DNA from: Marsupella aquatica
Lineage: Eukaryota > Plantae > Marchantiophyta
Length of the DNA: 64,000 nucleotides
Reading direction: 5' to 3'
NCBI GenBank assembly: GCA_973895155.1
Contig: OZ316893.1
Coordinates: 5,532,171-5,596,170, forward strand
Position 1 is the stretch's first letter, and each line of letters begins with the position of its first letter. This document shows, in pieces, positions 52,491-63,316 of the stretch. The position numbers were made by a program, and so were the translations under genes. Under the pieces are notes generated by a model. It made no database searches, was not told the origin of the DNA, and saw nothing but the letters and a program-made list of their open reading frames with translations.

Positions 52491-54239
52491 GAGCCTGTGA
52501 AGACACCAACAGCCAGCACTTATACACAGAATGCACTATGTAATAAGTGCAGGTTTTTTCAGTTATGCACTTTTGAGTAAGTGCAGGCTTTCAAACATAA
52601 TGCACTAATACAATATACAAGCAGGTTTGGATATTCAACAAGTTTATCAGATAATTAACATGCAACAGTTTGCAAGGCAGCACGGGCAAGAGCAGGGGCT
52701 CTTTGCACAAAAATATATGTAGACAAGCACACCAGAATATAGTCCAGTCTACAGATTCAGAAATTAATTGAATGAAAGAAACAAATTTGGACAGTTTGGG
52801 ACTACCAAACTTGCATTTTAATTGAAAAGATGCAATGTTTGATAGAAGCTAAGTTCCTATGGGACTTAAACTTTCATCTGCCTTACTCAATCCCCTATTT
52901 GGAAAACAATTTCAAACTAAACCATCCTTCTCAACAATGATCCACTTGCCATCAAAGTCGTTGTGTCCATTCTGCATGTTCCACATTTCCAATGACAAAG
53001 TACTGAGGTTCCTCTAAATCTAGATAAAACAGTTCCTTTGACATGAGCTTTCTAGTGCACAGAGTAATAGACAACCAATCCCAATGGATTCATTGCATAA
53101 ACTTGCTTTCAGACCCGCTTTCAGAGCCTACTCGGGCAATTATTGTAAATGCAATGAGAATCATAAGTCGATGTGATACCATGTGAAGTTTCTGAATTGA
53201 TATCCTCTGGAAGAATGCCACCAAGCAACGCAAATCTCCATGCTTGGCTCTACCCTCATTATGATAGAGCATCATAGGCTGGACCCCTCTGAATGGCTTG
53301 TAGCCCCGGCCCCCCATAAGCAAGCACCTTCCTGGTTGTCAGTGAAAACACGTTCGCTTAAATGGCTTTGGCTCCTTGTTCTTGCCTACCCCACTTGCCA
53401 TTGCAAAGGCACCGTTTCTGCCAGCTTCCTTCCTCGTCGACGACCCCCAAAAAGTGACCAAAAAGTAAATCGGCACAACAGCTAACTGAGAGAGAAATGG
53501 AAAAAAACTCGCAAAAGCATGTGCAACTCTTAGTTACCAGGCCCTGCCTTACCCTAAACTTTGTTATTGCACCTTGCCTGAACTGGTGCAATTCAAGCAC
53601 TTAGACAAAAATAGGTAGGGCTCCTATAACTCCATGTGCCAAACTCATGTGGTGTGGGGTTTGGCATTGCTCTTGGGAATTGCAATGTCGCCCCCAGTGT
53701 CATTTTCCATGTCTGCCACATCAAGTCCATAATTGGCAACAAAAATTGGTAAATGTTTGATTTCCTCAAGCCATCCAGGTGTTGCTTTGAGTAAAACTTC
53801 ATGATTTTGTTCCCTTCAACTGTTAGCGCATACATATCATACTCCTGCTGCTGGAGAAACTGTTGTATTGATTTCAATAGGAAGTGCCTATGACAAATGG
53901 TATGTGTCAACTTCCTCTACATCCTCAGTGTTGTTTGGATTTGCATTCGGGTCCTCATCCTTGTCCTCTAGAATGCATGATCAACCAAAACTCAGCAATG
54001 TCTCCATCATGAATGGGAAATGTGGGAGAGTTCTGAACACTGTCAGCTTTTAGGTACAGACTCCTGTACATCAAGAGTGACAGGATACGACAACTTCAGC
54101 TAGATCCTCCACATTCTCTTGTAGATCCTGATCATCTTCAGTGCAATCAGGCAATTCCAAATTAAGGTCTCTTTCACACCAATTCGATCCTGGTGAGTCA
54201 CAAGCTGGCAATGCTTCCAACAATTCAAGATTGTTTGCT

Positions 54240-54800
54240 GAGTGTCACCATGCATCACCGCATGCTCTCACCACAAGCCTCACAGCCTCATAGACATCCA
54301 TTGTGAAGAGCACCAAATTATTGTTAAAGTCTTGCGATTGATTTTCCATTGATGAATAGCTTTTGGTACCAGCATTTGAAGCTTCAATTGAATATTTCCA
54401 GTATCCATTGGCTGAAATCTGCTGGTTGTGCTGGCTGATAGGAAAGAAACCTTAACGATCTTCAAATTGCTCTGCCCAGCAAGTGCCCAGGTTGGTCCAT
54501 TGTCAACGAGAAATGCAACGTTTGTGCAACCCAAAGCTTTCATGTGATCTTCACCCATTCCTGGAAAATCTTAGGCCATATATCCAGGCTTTCTTGCATG
54601 TTAGAGAACCACTGGATCCCTAGCTTGTTTGGGCGCTTGATCTGACTTGCATTTTGTGAAACACATAGGCTTATTGAAATTTGCTGATTATCAATGGTGG
54701 GACATTCATACTCCCATCCATGTTCCAAGTCAATGTCATGATGGTGATTATATCCTTGCAATTTAGATCTTCTGCCCCTTCACAACATTGTCCCACAAGG
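54240..54800 (-). mobile_element. Degenerate pogo/Tigger-like (DDE_1) transposase remnant
   Basis: Fragments NKLGIQWFSN..IFQEWVK and AFLVDNGPTW...VKVSFLSASTTSRFQPMDTGNI match DDE_1 motifs (LDNAPSH, FLPPNTTS.LQPMDQG). Several frameshifts. Confidence 0.75.
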
Positions 54801-55212
54801 TCCTGTTTGGTTGTAGCTTATAAGCAGACCAGTATCATCCATGTCAAACACAATGCCTCCTCCACAACCAGCACTTTTGGATCATTTATTTTTTCAGTTC
54901 GCCTCATATATTGCTGGTGACGCCCGATAGCAATGAGAAGCTATAACCCCAATTTAAGGAAAACCAAACTTTGGAAATTCTGAAAATCACTAAATATTAT
55001 TATTTTAATAAAAAGGGGGCGACATGACGCGTGGCTGCGCGTGAAACCCTGAAAATGACTGCAACGTCACATTTTAACCAATCCAACTTGACGGGACCAA
55101 GAGACATGCTCATGCGAATAATAATAATAGAGAAATAAATCTTTGAGATCCTTTATATATGATAACCAGTATATAAGGAGTTTACAAATGGTTTCTAGAA
55201 CGACAATACAAA

Positions 55213-57682
55213 TTAATCTGATCTCATGCCGACTATTATTTTGGAAGCGTCCAAAATTGGGCGAGTGTTAAATTGCTCTACTATATATCTATCTCCATGC
55301 CTCTGAATCACATGGTCTTCCCATAGAGTATGATTATAATCATAATCTCTAAAAATAGCCCTGGGGAATCACTTAGAGTAAAACCCCTAAAACACGTGAG
55401 AACAAACCAATGGAATTTGAAAAAATAAAATTAAAAATAAATTCAATTAAATATACCCTTGTACCATTTATAACATGACTTTGACAATTCTTAAATACCT
55501 TCATGAACATAAAAACTAATTTTTTTACCAAAATTGGATTTTTAAATTCCTTTAGTATGAGTTTTTGATTATAATTATTACTCTAACAATATTAAAAATA
55601 ACCTTCATTTGTTCACACCCCATTCTAATAATCCAACGAGTGATTCCCCAGGGAAAAATAGATTTAACTGACCAATCAGGATAATCTCTTCCATTGGCAA
55701 TGACAAGCGGCTCACAAGAGTTTGCTAGCTTGCTAAGATACGGAATCAGCAAGTTAATCAGGAAACTATCGTCGACCGACCCAAAATATTTGGGCGGAAA
55801 TAATGATCCAACAACAGGATCTAAACAAACATGAAATGCATCGGATTCGATAAGCATTATATTTTGCTGCAGACACGCCTTTGTATAAATTCCAACCTTC
55901 TCAAAACACTTCAAAAATATCTGCTTATTTGATGTCACCCCATCGCATAAGTAACAATGAGACTGATCCCAAATATACTTAAATGAGGCCATTTCCATCA
56001 CAGTAAAAATAGATGCTAAAATCTGATCTAAAAGGTTCTTCCCAACAAAGGACCAGATCCCTACATCAAAATTCTCAAAATAGAATCTCAAGAATTCGTG
56101 AAGATGAGGCCTTGGAAAAACGTATATATTCCCAATCCAAATTCCAGTTGAGACCGCCATCAGTCGGGAATGCGGTGTAGTGTAACAGAGTAGATGCTCC
56201 ACGTATAAAACTATGAGCCCATTTTCTCTGCTGCAATGAATCTCCTGTAGAGAAACACAAGAAGATGCATGAGCCCATATGGATGTAGTCACGCGAATGG
56301 TCGCGTCACATATTACAGAGACAACATCCTCTACACTCTGGCCATTGATAAGTGACGTCTGTTGAAGTGCTTGATAAGAACTTGATCCGCATGTCTCTGC
56401 ACGTATAGATGCTCCCATATATCCTCGTTCAGATCCCAATCTCGATGTAGATTTCTAATCGACCAGATGGGATAATCAAACTTGTTAGCGAACGCAAGAC
56501 AAAGCCCTAAATTTGATAGCTTTCGTAAATATGGAATGAGGTCATCCCTCAAAAAGACATTATCCAACGATCCTTGAAACGACTTAGCGAACAATAATCC
56601 GCATACAGCTGTCTGGCATGTATGGGAAGGACAGGCATCAATCTGGATTATATTCTCTGGTCGATAATCTTGAAACATATCACATAGTCTCTCGATAGAT
56701 TTGAAGACAATAGTCTTATAATTTTTCTTCACATAACCAAGATTCCAGCAATGATCCCGCGTGAACACATACATCAGCTGCGACAGGCCGGTGCTCAACA
56801 ACACTTCTGAAAGTATCTGATAAACCAGTTTATCGTCGAGAATAGACCAGACCATCACATCAAAATGATCATAACAGAATTTTATAAGATCATGAAGATG
56901 CAGCCTCGGAACAACACATAGAGATCCGATACGAATTCCGGGTGTCGACTTGAGCTGAGGAGTATATTTTGAAATAGAGCACAGGAAGTTTTCCAGTCCT
57001 AAAACTAGAAGTTGACGCGACCTGCTCCACTTAGACACCTATAAATGAACAATTCGATTTTCGTATTATGCAATTGCAAACAACCACGCGACCGGGCGCG
57101 TCACTCCCAAAATATAAAGTTCAATTTCAATCAATTTATAAATAATAATTGATAATAAACAATAAATGTTTACTTATTGGACTTATCCCGGGCTTCTATA
57201 GCACGGTCTTTTTGGCAGATAAGTATTTCATAAATTCGTCAAACTTTTCTAAATGGTCTTTATTCCCCTGATTACGAATGATCACATTTCTCCTCCAAAG
57301 ATTCGTCTTATCAATATAATCTTTCTCAAGATTTTCTTGAGAGAACGTTGGAATCCCATATCCACTAAGGAGCTCGCGGAATGTCAACTTGTCAATTGAC
57401 ATGTCGCATAGATATGGATATAGTTTCTTTCTAAAAAATAGGTCATCATCGAGCCCAGAATATGCATCGGGATACAGCGATGAATAGAAGTCATTAAGGC
57501 TCATCTTATATGCAGCATCATCGATAAGAATGACATTCTCGATGTTGTAATCTTTAATATCGGCGGCAATGTCGGAGAGACATTTGACAAATAAGGGGAT
57601 GTCATTATTATTCTTCCCAATAAGTCGAGTTGATTCTTGTCCCCATATAAATTTAATACGTTTCAAAACTTTGGGTCGAAGT
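55213..57682 (-). pseudogene. Gene with three tandem FCP1/NIF (HAD-like, CTD phosphatase-like) domains, disrupted by a MITE and 5'-truncated by a gypsy LTR
   Basis: Three homologous blocks: A (57682-57205, N-truncated; FIWGQ, NVILIDDAAYK), B (57038-56337; LLVLGLENFL, PRLHLHDLIKFC..FDVMVWS) and C (56246-55654 plus 55350-55213; PRPHLHEFLRF..NFDVGIWS). B and C start at phase-0 AG acceptors; the donors are weak and inferred. Confidence 0.75.
55359..55653. mobile_element. 295-bp MITE with 15-bp TIRs and 8-bp TSD
   Basis: TIR ccctggggaatcact / agtgattccccaggg; TSD aaaaatag at 55351-55358 and 55654-55661. Removing it restores the domain C reading frame. Confidence 0.93.
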
Positions 57683-59044
57683 TGTGGTATGGGTGTCCCT
57701 GCAATTTTTTTCTGGAAACTTGTTTATTTTTAGCATATCACAAGATTTACTTACACTTTAGACACCTTCCGGCCAACATTTACTTGTTCTGGACACTTAT
57801 AGAAATATTTGACATCTCCGGCTTTCCTGACGATTCCTAGTGTACTTTGCCCGACGCTGTGACCAGCGCCCGTTTCTTTTACTCAAGACGCTGCGGAAGC
57901 GTCCAACCTCCTCATGACGCTTTTGGCAGTGCCCGACCGCCACCAAGACTCTATGAGGATTTCGACCGACGCTGTGGAAAGCGTCAGCTTCAACACACGA
58001 CGCTGTGAGCAGCGTCCACCCTAGTATTGACGCTGTGAGCAGTGTGAGCAGCGTCCGTTGGTTTTACTTAAGACGCTTCTAGCAGCGTCCGCTCAACACT
58101 TAGTTTTTGAAGTAGATTACTAGTAAAGTAGTATTCTACCACCCTTGTTGAAGTACTTATGCTGTGCTTCTCCCTTGTTTAGTTTTAAGCTTGGAAAGGC
58201 ACGACTGTTCTTACCTCCTCCATTTTAGGATTCCAGCACTTATAAGACAGAGTAGAATGCTCATTTGAAGTAGAGAGAAATAGAGTTAATACTGTATTCA
58301 GAATTGAGTCTTCTGAATAGTTTTCTCCTCCTTCCATTGTAACAAGGCATGCTGTGAGTGTTTTGTATGGAAGTAAAGCTATATTGATTGAAGTTAAGAT
58401 TGAATTCAAGAGATTCCTGTGGTGATTGAATTCAGTTGCAGATTTCTGAAACTCGTATTGAATTCACTGCTAGGCTTGCTTGCAGAGTCGGGATTTGCTA
58501 GCCAATTCAAGAATAGTTAATGATAAATGAGAAGTAAATTCTGATTCTCAGAGTAGTTAGTACTGTTGCTTTGATTCTGGAATATGGTTTAGAGTTTGAC
58601 TGAATTGCGTATCGCTGATGTCAAACCATGTTGACGGCATTTTAAATCATATCATTCATTTGCAATCAGAAAGCTTCTGCTTCATCAGATTGAGAATTCC
58701 ATTATCATTAACCTTTGTGTTTTGAAGAGTGAGATGGATGAATTATGAGATAGATTTCATGTCTATACTGAGCCCAAATCCTTTCTGAAGGAGTGGCAGT
58801 AGCAGCTTGTAGTCTCTAAATCCTTACTCATTTCTTCTCTAATTCATAAATCAGAAGTTCAGTTACTTTGTTGTTTGTTTATTCGATTTTTTTATTGAGA
58901 AGTGAAGTCAACATAGAGCTCAAGACTCTAAATCACTCGGAGTGATCAAAGTTATACAATTCATTCTGAAATCTGTTCTTAAAGGGATCGAAACCCTGGT
59001 TTTAGGTGAGGAGAGTCACTTTTGATACTTAGCACTATACGACA
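57683..59044 (+). repeat. Putative gypsy 5' LTR (~1.36 kb)
   Basis: Starts tgtggtat exactly where FCP1 domain A is cut and ends atacgaca (imperfect inverted termini) just before the PBS. The second LTR is outside the window, so the left edge is inferred. Confidence 0.65.
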
Positions 59045-59050
59045 TCTTTT

Positions 59051-59068
59051 TGGCGCCGCTGCCGGGGA
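59051..59068 (+). other. Primer binding site, tRNA-Asp-like (Athila type)
   Basis: TGGCGCCGCTGCCGGGGA; compare the Athila PBS TGGCGCCGTTGCCGGGGA. Confidence 0.85.
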
Positions 59069-60262
59069 ACGAATTTAAGATTGAATTGACGTACAGGCAG
59101 TGTATGCCAGAAGGAGCTAGACGGGAGAGGAATTCACGTTCTACTATAATTGTGAAGATGCGTCATCACTCCAGTTAAAAAGATGAAGAGCTTCCATTTC
59201 GAGGTGATGCCGTACTCTATCCAAAGCGCCCCGGAAGCTCTCTTAAGAGTATTGGAAAAATTTGTGGTGCCAAACTTAAGAGAAGAAACCGCCCTCCCAC
59301 CAGAAAAGGCCTCACAGAGAGGAGCTGTTGCTCGTCAAGTTGCTTTGGAGATAGTCGAAGACACCAAAGACACTTTGAGTGACAAGTGAAGTTATTCTAA
59401 CGTTGCTCGGGACGTATGATTTGTAAAATTGTCCAACCATCCTGGTTCGTGTGACCGATGCCACCTATCCGATCTTTGGGAACATTAAGAATTAGGAATT
59501 TGAGGAATCGTTATGTTAATTCTTGGGTTCTGAGCCTGAGAGGGAGGAATGGCATACATTGGTTAACTATCACCTGGTGGGAAGATGAAAGTTTGCATTT
59601 AGTAATATTAAGGCTGAATGGTAGGATCACACAGGAGTGATATTTAGTCATTTCCATTCGGGAGTTAGCGGAAAGAATCATGCACCAGGAATTGCGTAGA
59701 AGATTAGGAAGGAGTTAGACGTCTGATTAGTAGGATGGCCTAGTGTAGCGTACCATGTGGTAAAGAAATTTCAGGGTGAAGGAAGTCGGAGATTATGGGG
59801 AACGCCCGGTTCCAGTAATCGCCACCGTAAAGGAGATAAGGAAGGACGCCGCGAAGAGCGTCCAATGCGATTCGTCCCAGAAGATTCCGCAAGTCAGGAC
59901 GCTTCGAGTAGCGTCCGATCCCAGTGGACGCTGTGAGCAGCGTCCGGTGGAATCTGTGACGAACCAACGTGCGCGACGCTTCTGGTGTGCCTTTCCGCGT
60001 CTCAACCTGAAGGACGCACCAGAGAAAACGAGGTTTTAGAATCTCGGCTGGTCACTGAAGGGAAGTATTAGCTACGGGATAGCAAGGGGGAGGAATCATG
60101 CAAGGGATGTTGAACGACGCTACGGGAAGTCACTTTGAGGAAGCAGGTTCATATCTCCCGGAGTGGGGTGATAACGTCGCACCTAAATGGTGACTCCTTG
60201 CATAAAGACTCCTGAGGAGTGGGTCTGGTGTCTCAAAATCACCCGTGCTTGGAGAATGAGGG

Positions 60263-63200
60263 ATGTCTGAGGGAGATCCACCGAATAAAAGAAAACCTAC
60301 CAAGACCTCCAGTAATTCGGATGCTGCAAAATTAGTAGTGACCCCTCGCACATTGTTACCCGAATTCCAGTCACCAGGAGCACCTGCACCGGGTAGTGTG
60401 TGGAAACAAGTGGGATCTATTCAAGAGGCAAGTGGCTCTTTGGAAAGGCCCACGTCGACCCGACCCCTGTTTGTAAATCTTCGTTCAGGTCCAAAACTTA
60501 TTGGTTCTCAAAAGACCAAGCTCCGCCAGCAGACAGTACGTTCGGTGAACCAAATTGACTCTGGTGTGGATAGTACCACTGAGAGGGCCTTATCTCATAC
60601 CGAAGGAAGAAATTTGGGTTTGCCCGAGAATACAGTTGCAGAATCGCTGGCCCAGGATAATTCTGTCGATCTTTCACAATTGGATAATCCAGAACCACTG
60701 AGTGAAGCCGGTGGTTCGTCTTCTAGTGAGACAAGCAGCAGTTCAGGCTTGGGCAGCCCAAACCCATTTGCTACCCGATCAGCTCTTCCTTTCGTTACCC
60801 TCCTAGCTCCAACCACGATGGCTCGAAATAATGTGAGGTACGACCGGTTCTTCGGTACTTCCAAGGAGGATGCAGAGGTGTATTTGAAAGAATTTGAAGC
60901 TGCAGCTGCATCCAATGGACAGAGTCAAGACGCTGAAAAAGCCAATCTGTTTGGTGGTCTAATGAAAAAGGGTGCTCAGAAATGGTATGACCGTTTTCCG
61001 GACAAGCAGGATTGGGGGAAATTGAAGGCTGCTTTCTTGGCCAAATATAAAGAAGAAGGAGCAGCTGCGCGTGCCTTTGCCCGAATCTCACATCTGCACA
61101 TGAAGAAACATGGGTCTGTGAGGAAATATGCCGACAAATTATTGGATTTGGTAGATCAATATAATCCAGCTACCTCGAAATCTACTATCAAGGACTGGTT
61201 TATTAACGGTTTACCCTCCAGGATTGCTCGTTACGTGAGACGAGAAGGTGGCACCACTTTGGAAGAAGTACAAGAGGCAGCCCAGAAGTACGTAGACTCG
61301 GAGATTTCAGAGAGAAAACGAGTTAAGAAGGACCTGAAGAAAGACAAAAGAAAGAAGAAGAAAACGTCCAGGTCTAAATCTGACTCGGAGACGGAATCAA
61401 GTGAAAGTAGCACTAGTGAGGAGGACGAGAGTACAAATTCGAGCACTAGTGATAGTTCAAGCTCAAGTTCCGACTCAGAATCCGTTGCTCCTAAAAAGAA
61501 GAAATCCTCTGTAAAAGGGAATAATAAAGTTCCCAACCAGAAGAAGATGGATCGCATGATGGAAGAACTCTCTGGCCAATTGTCCAAGTTGAATGTCAAT
61601 ATCGCCGCGGTAAAACCAGTACGAAGGTTGCCTGCTCCCATGAGAATGAACGTATGGTGCACCCGATGCAGTCAGCAGGGCCATTACCCGAACGAGTGCC
61701 CCACATTACGAACCCCGGTGAATTATGTAGATGGTCAAGAAGAGGCTGAGGAGTATGAGTACGATCCCACGTATACCGTCCAAACAGCACCCCCTGGACA
61801 GTATTTCCCACCACCTCCTGCTTCCAGACCGACTTGGGGACCACCTAAGCCCACTTTCAATAAACCAACGTCAAGACCACCCATGGGACCCCCGGGAGGA
61901 TACCCACCACGAGGAATGCCGCGTCAAAAAGGGGCTTGTTGGAATTGTGGCCAACCTGATCATTATTCACCCCAGTGCCCTTATCCCAAACAGGAGGTGG
62001 GGTATACACCTGTCTGTGGGAACTGTGGAAAAGAAGGACACTTACCGGTGGAATGCCCGAATCCGGCTAAGCCTAGGCTGATGGTTCGATTTGCTCAAGA
62101 GCCAGTTAAAGAAGCAAGTCGACCTGAAGCCAAGATTCGGATGGTTTATTCTGAAGAGATGGAGCAATGCAGCTTCATTCAACATATGGATGTAAATCGG
62201 GTGGAATTAAAGCCAGATTCACTTTTTCATCAACCAGTATCCGGGGTGGTGCCTGATGTCTTGGTAAGTCATTTAGTGAAACCTGAAGTAGTTGGTATGC
62301 CGAATGATCGAGTTCAGAATCGGGATAAAGTTCTGACTAATATTTACGCAACTACTCGTTCGAAGAAAAAGGAGACCAAGAAGCACGAGCATCAGAAGGT
62401 CGCGAAAGCTCCCAAGGATGAAGGGCGCAAGCCATGTAAGGAAGGCCTCGACAAAGAAGACGACCCTGCTTATGACCGATATGACCCAAAATACTTCTTG
62501 CCCGACATCTCTTTGGAGGTGAAAGACCATCTGGAAGAGCTAGTTAAGGAGCAAGTGCAATCTCCTAACCCACCAGTAGTAGTCAAAGCTAAAGAGCCAC
62601 TGAAAAATCCAGGTTATGATATTGTTGAAGATGTCAAGAATCATCCTGCACATATCACCATTGGGGAATTATTACAGGACAATCCGGTTTATAGGCGACA
62701 GCTGAGGAGCCTCCTTGCAGGAAAACGGAGGAAGAAGAAGTTACCTTCTGTGGATGTGCTACGAACAGAGTGGGAGGACAAAGGACCGATGGAAATTGAG
62801 GTTCAAATCCAGGGGTGTGTCATTCGGAGAGTTCCTGTGGATGGAGGAGCCAACGTTAATCTGATTACACAGTCAGCAGCATTTAATTTGGGTTTCACTA
62901 AGTTTGAGCCCACTCCCAAGATTTTGCGCATGGCGGATCAGTCTCGTGTGGTACCCATAGGGAAGCTGACCAAAGTAGAAACTTTGATTGCTGGTGTCCC
63001 TTTTCTGTTGGATTATGTGGTTATTAATCCGGAAATACCATCCAGCTTTCCTGTTTTGTTAGGCCGACCATGGTTGTATAAGGCTCAAGTTCAGGTTAAT
63101 TGGCAATCTCAAGAGCTTTCATTTGGGAAGCCTAAGGTGACTGTTAGTTGGGTTCCGGAACCACATTTTGGAGAAACACAAACAGATGATGGGTACACCT

Positions 63201-63316
63201 CGGATTTTTCGACCTCTTCGCTAGTCCTGCAGCCATTGGAATTTGAACTGGAGGAAGTTCGTTACTTGGAAGTTTATCTGTCTGATGCTCCCATAAAACC
63301 AACTAGGCCCTCCTGA
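60263..63316 (+). CDS. gag: Gypsy Gag-protease polyprotein, 1017 aa
   Basis: Retrotrans_gag region (AQKWY..W..LKAAFLAKY; WFINGL), three CX2CX4HX4C knuckles, and aspartic protease VPVDGGANVNLI...VLLGRPWL. Confidence 0.93.
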   Translation: MSEGDPPNKRKPTKTSSNSDAAKLVVTPRTLLPEFQSPGAPAPGSVWKQVGSIQEASGSLERPTSTRPLFVNLRSGPKLIGSQKTKLRQQTVRSVNQIDSGVDSTTERALSHTEGRNLGLPENTVAESLAQDNSVDLSQLDNPEPLSEAGGSSSSETSSSSGLGSPNPFATRSALPFVTLLAPTTMARNNVRYDRFFGTSKEDAEVYLKEFEAAAASNGQSQDAEKANLFGGLMKKGAQKWYDRFPDKQDWGKLKAAFLAKYKEEGAAARAFARISHLHMKKHGSVRKYADKLLDLVDQYNPATSKSTIKDWFINGLPSRIARYVRREGGTTLEEVQEAAQKYVDSEISERKRVKKDLKKDKRKKKKTSRSKSDSETESSESSTSEEDESTNSSTSDSSSSSSDSESVAPKKKKSSVKGNNKVPNQKKMDRMMEELSGQLSKLNVNIAAVKPVRRLPAPMRMNVWCTRCSQQGHYPNECPTLRTPVNYVDGQEEAEEYEYDPTYTVQTAPPGQYFPPPPASRPTWGPPKPTFNKPTSRPPMGPPGGYPPRGMPRQKGACWNCGQPDHYSPQCPYPKQEVGYTPVCGNCGKEGHLPVECPNPAKPRLMVRFAQEPVKEASRPEAKIRMVYSEEMEQCSFIQHMDVNRVELKPDSLFHQPVSGVVPDVLVSHLVKPEVVGMPNDRVQNRDKVLTNIYATTRSKKKETKKHEHQKVAKAPKDEGRKPCKEGLDKEDDPAYDRYDPKYFLPDISLEVKDHLEELVKEQVQSPNPPVVVKAKEPLKNPGYDIVEDVKNHPAHITIGELLQDNPVYRRQLRSLLAGKRRKKKLPSVDVLRTEWEDKGPMEIEVQIQGCVIRRVPVDGGANVNLITQSAAFNLGFTKFEPTPKILRMADQSRVVPIGKLTKVETLIAGVPFLLDYVVINPEIPSSFPVLLGRPWLYKAQVQVNWQSQELSFGKPKVTVSWVPEPHFGETQTDDGYTSDFSTSSLVLQPLEFELEEVRYLEVYLSDAPIKPTRPS

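Noticed and set aside
55213-57682. Giant-virus (NCLDV) insertion as the origin of the FCP1 ORFs
   Set aside because: Splice acceptors precede the domains and no viral core gene is in the window. Not excluded, but unsupported.
60498-62530. Antisense and alternate-frame ORFs inside gag (likewise inside copia pol)
   Set aside because: Shadow ORFs of the real coding frame.
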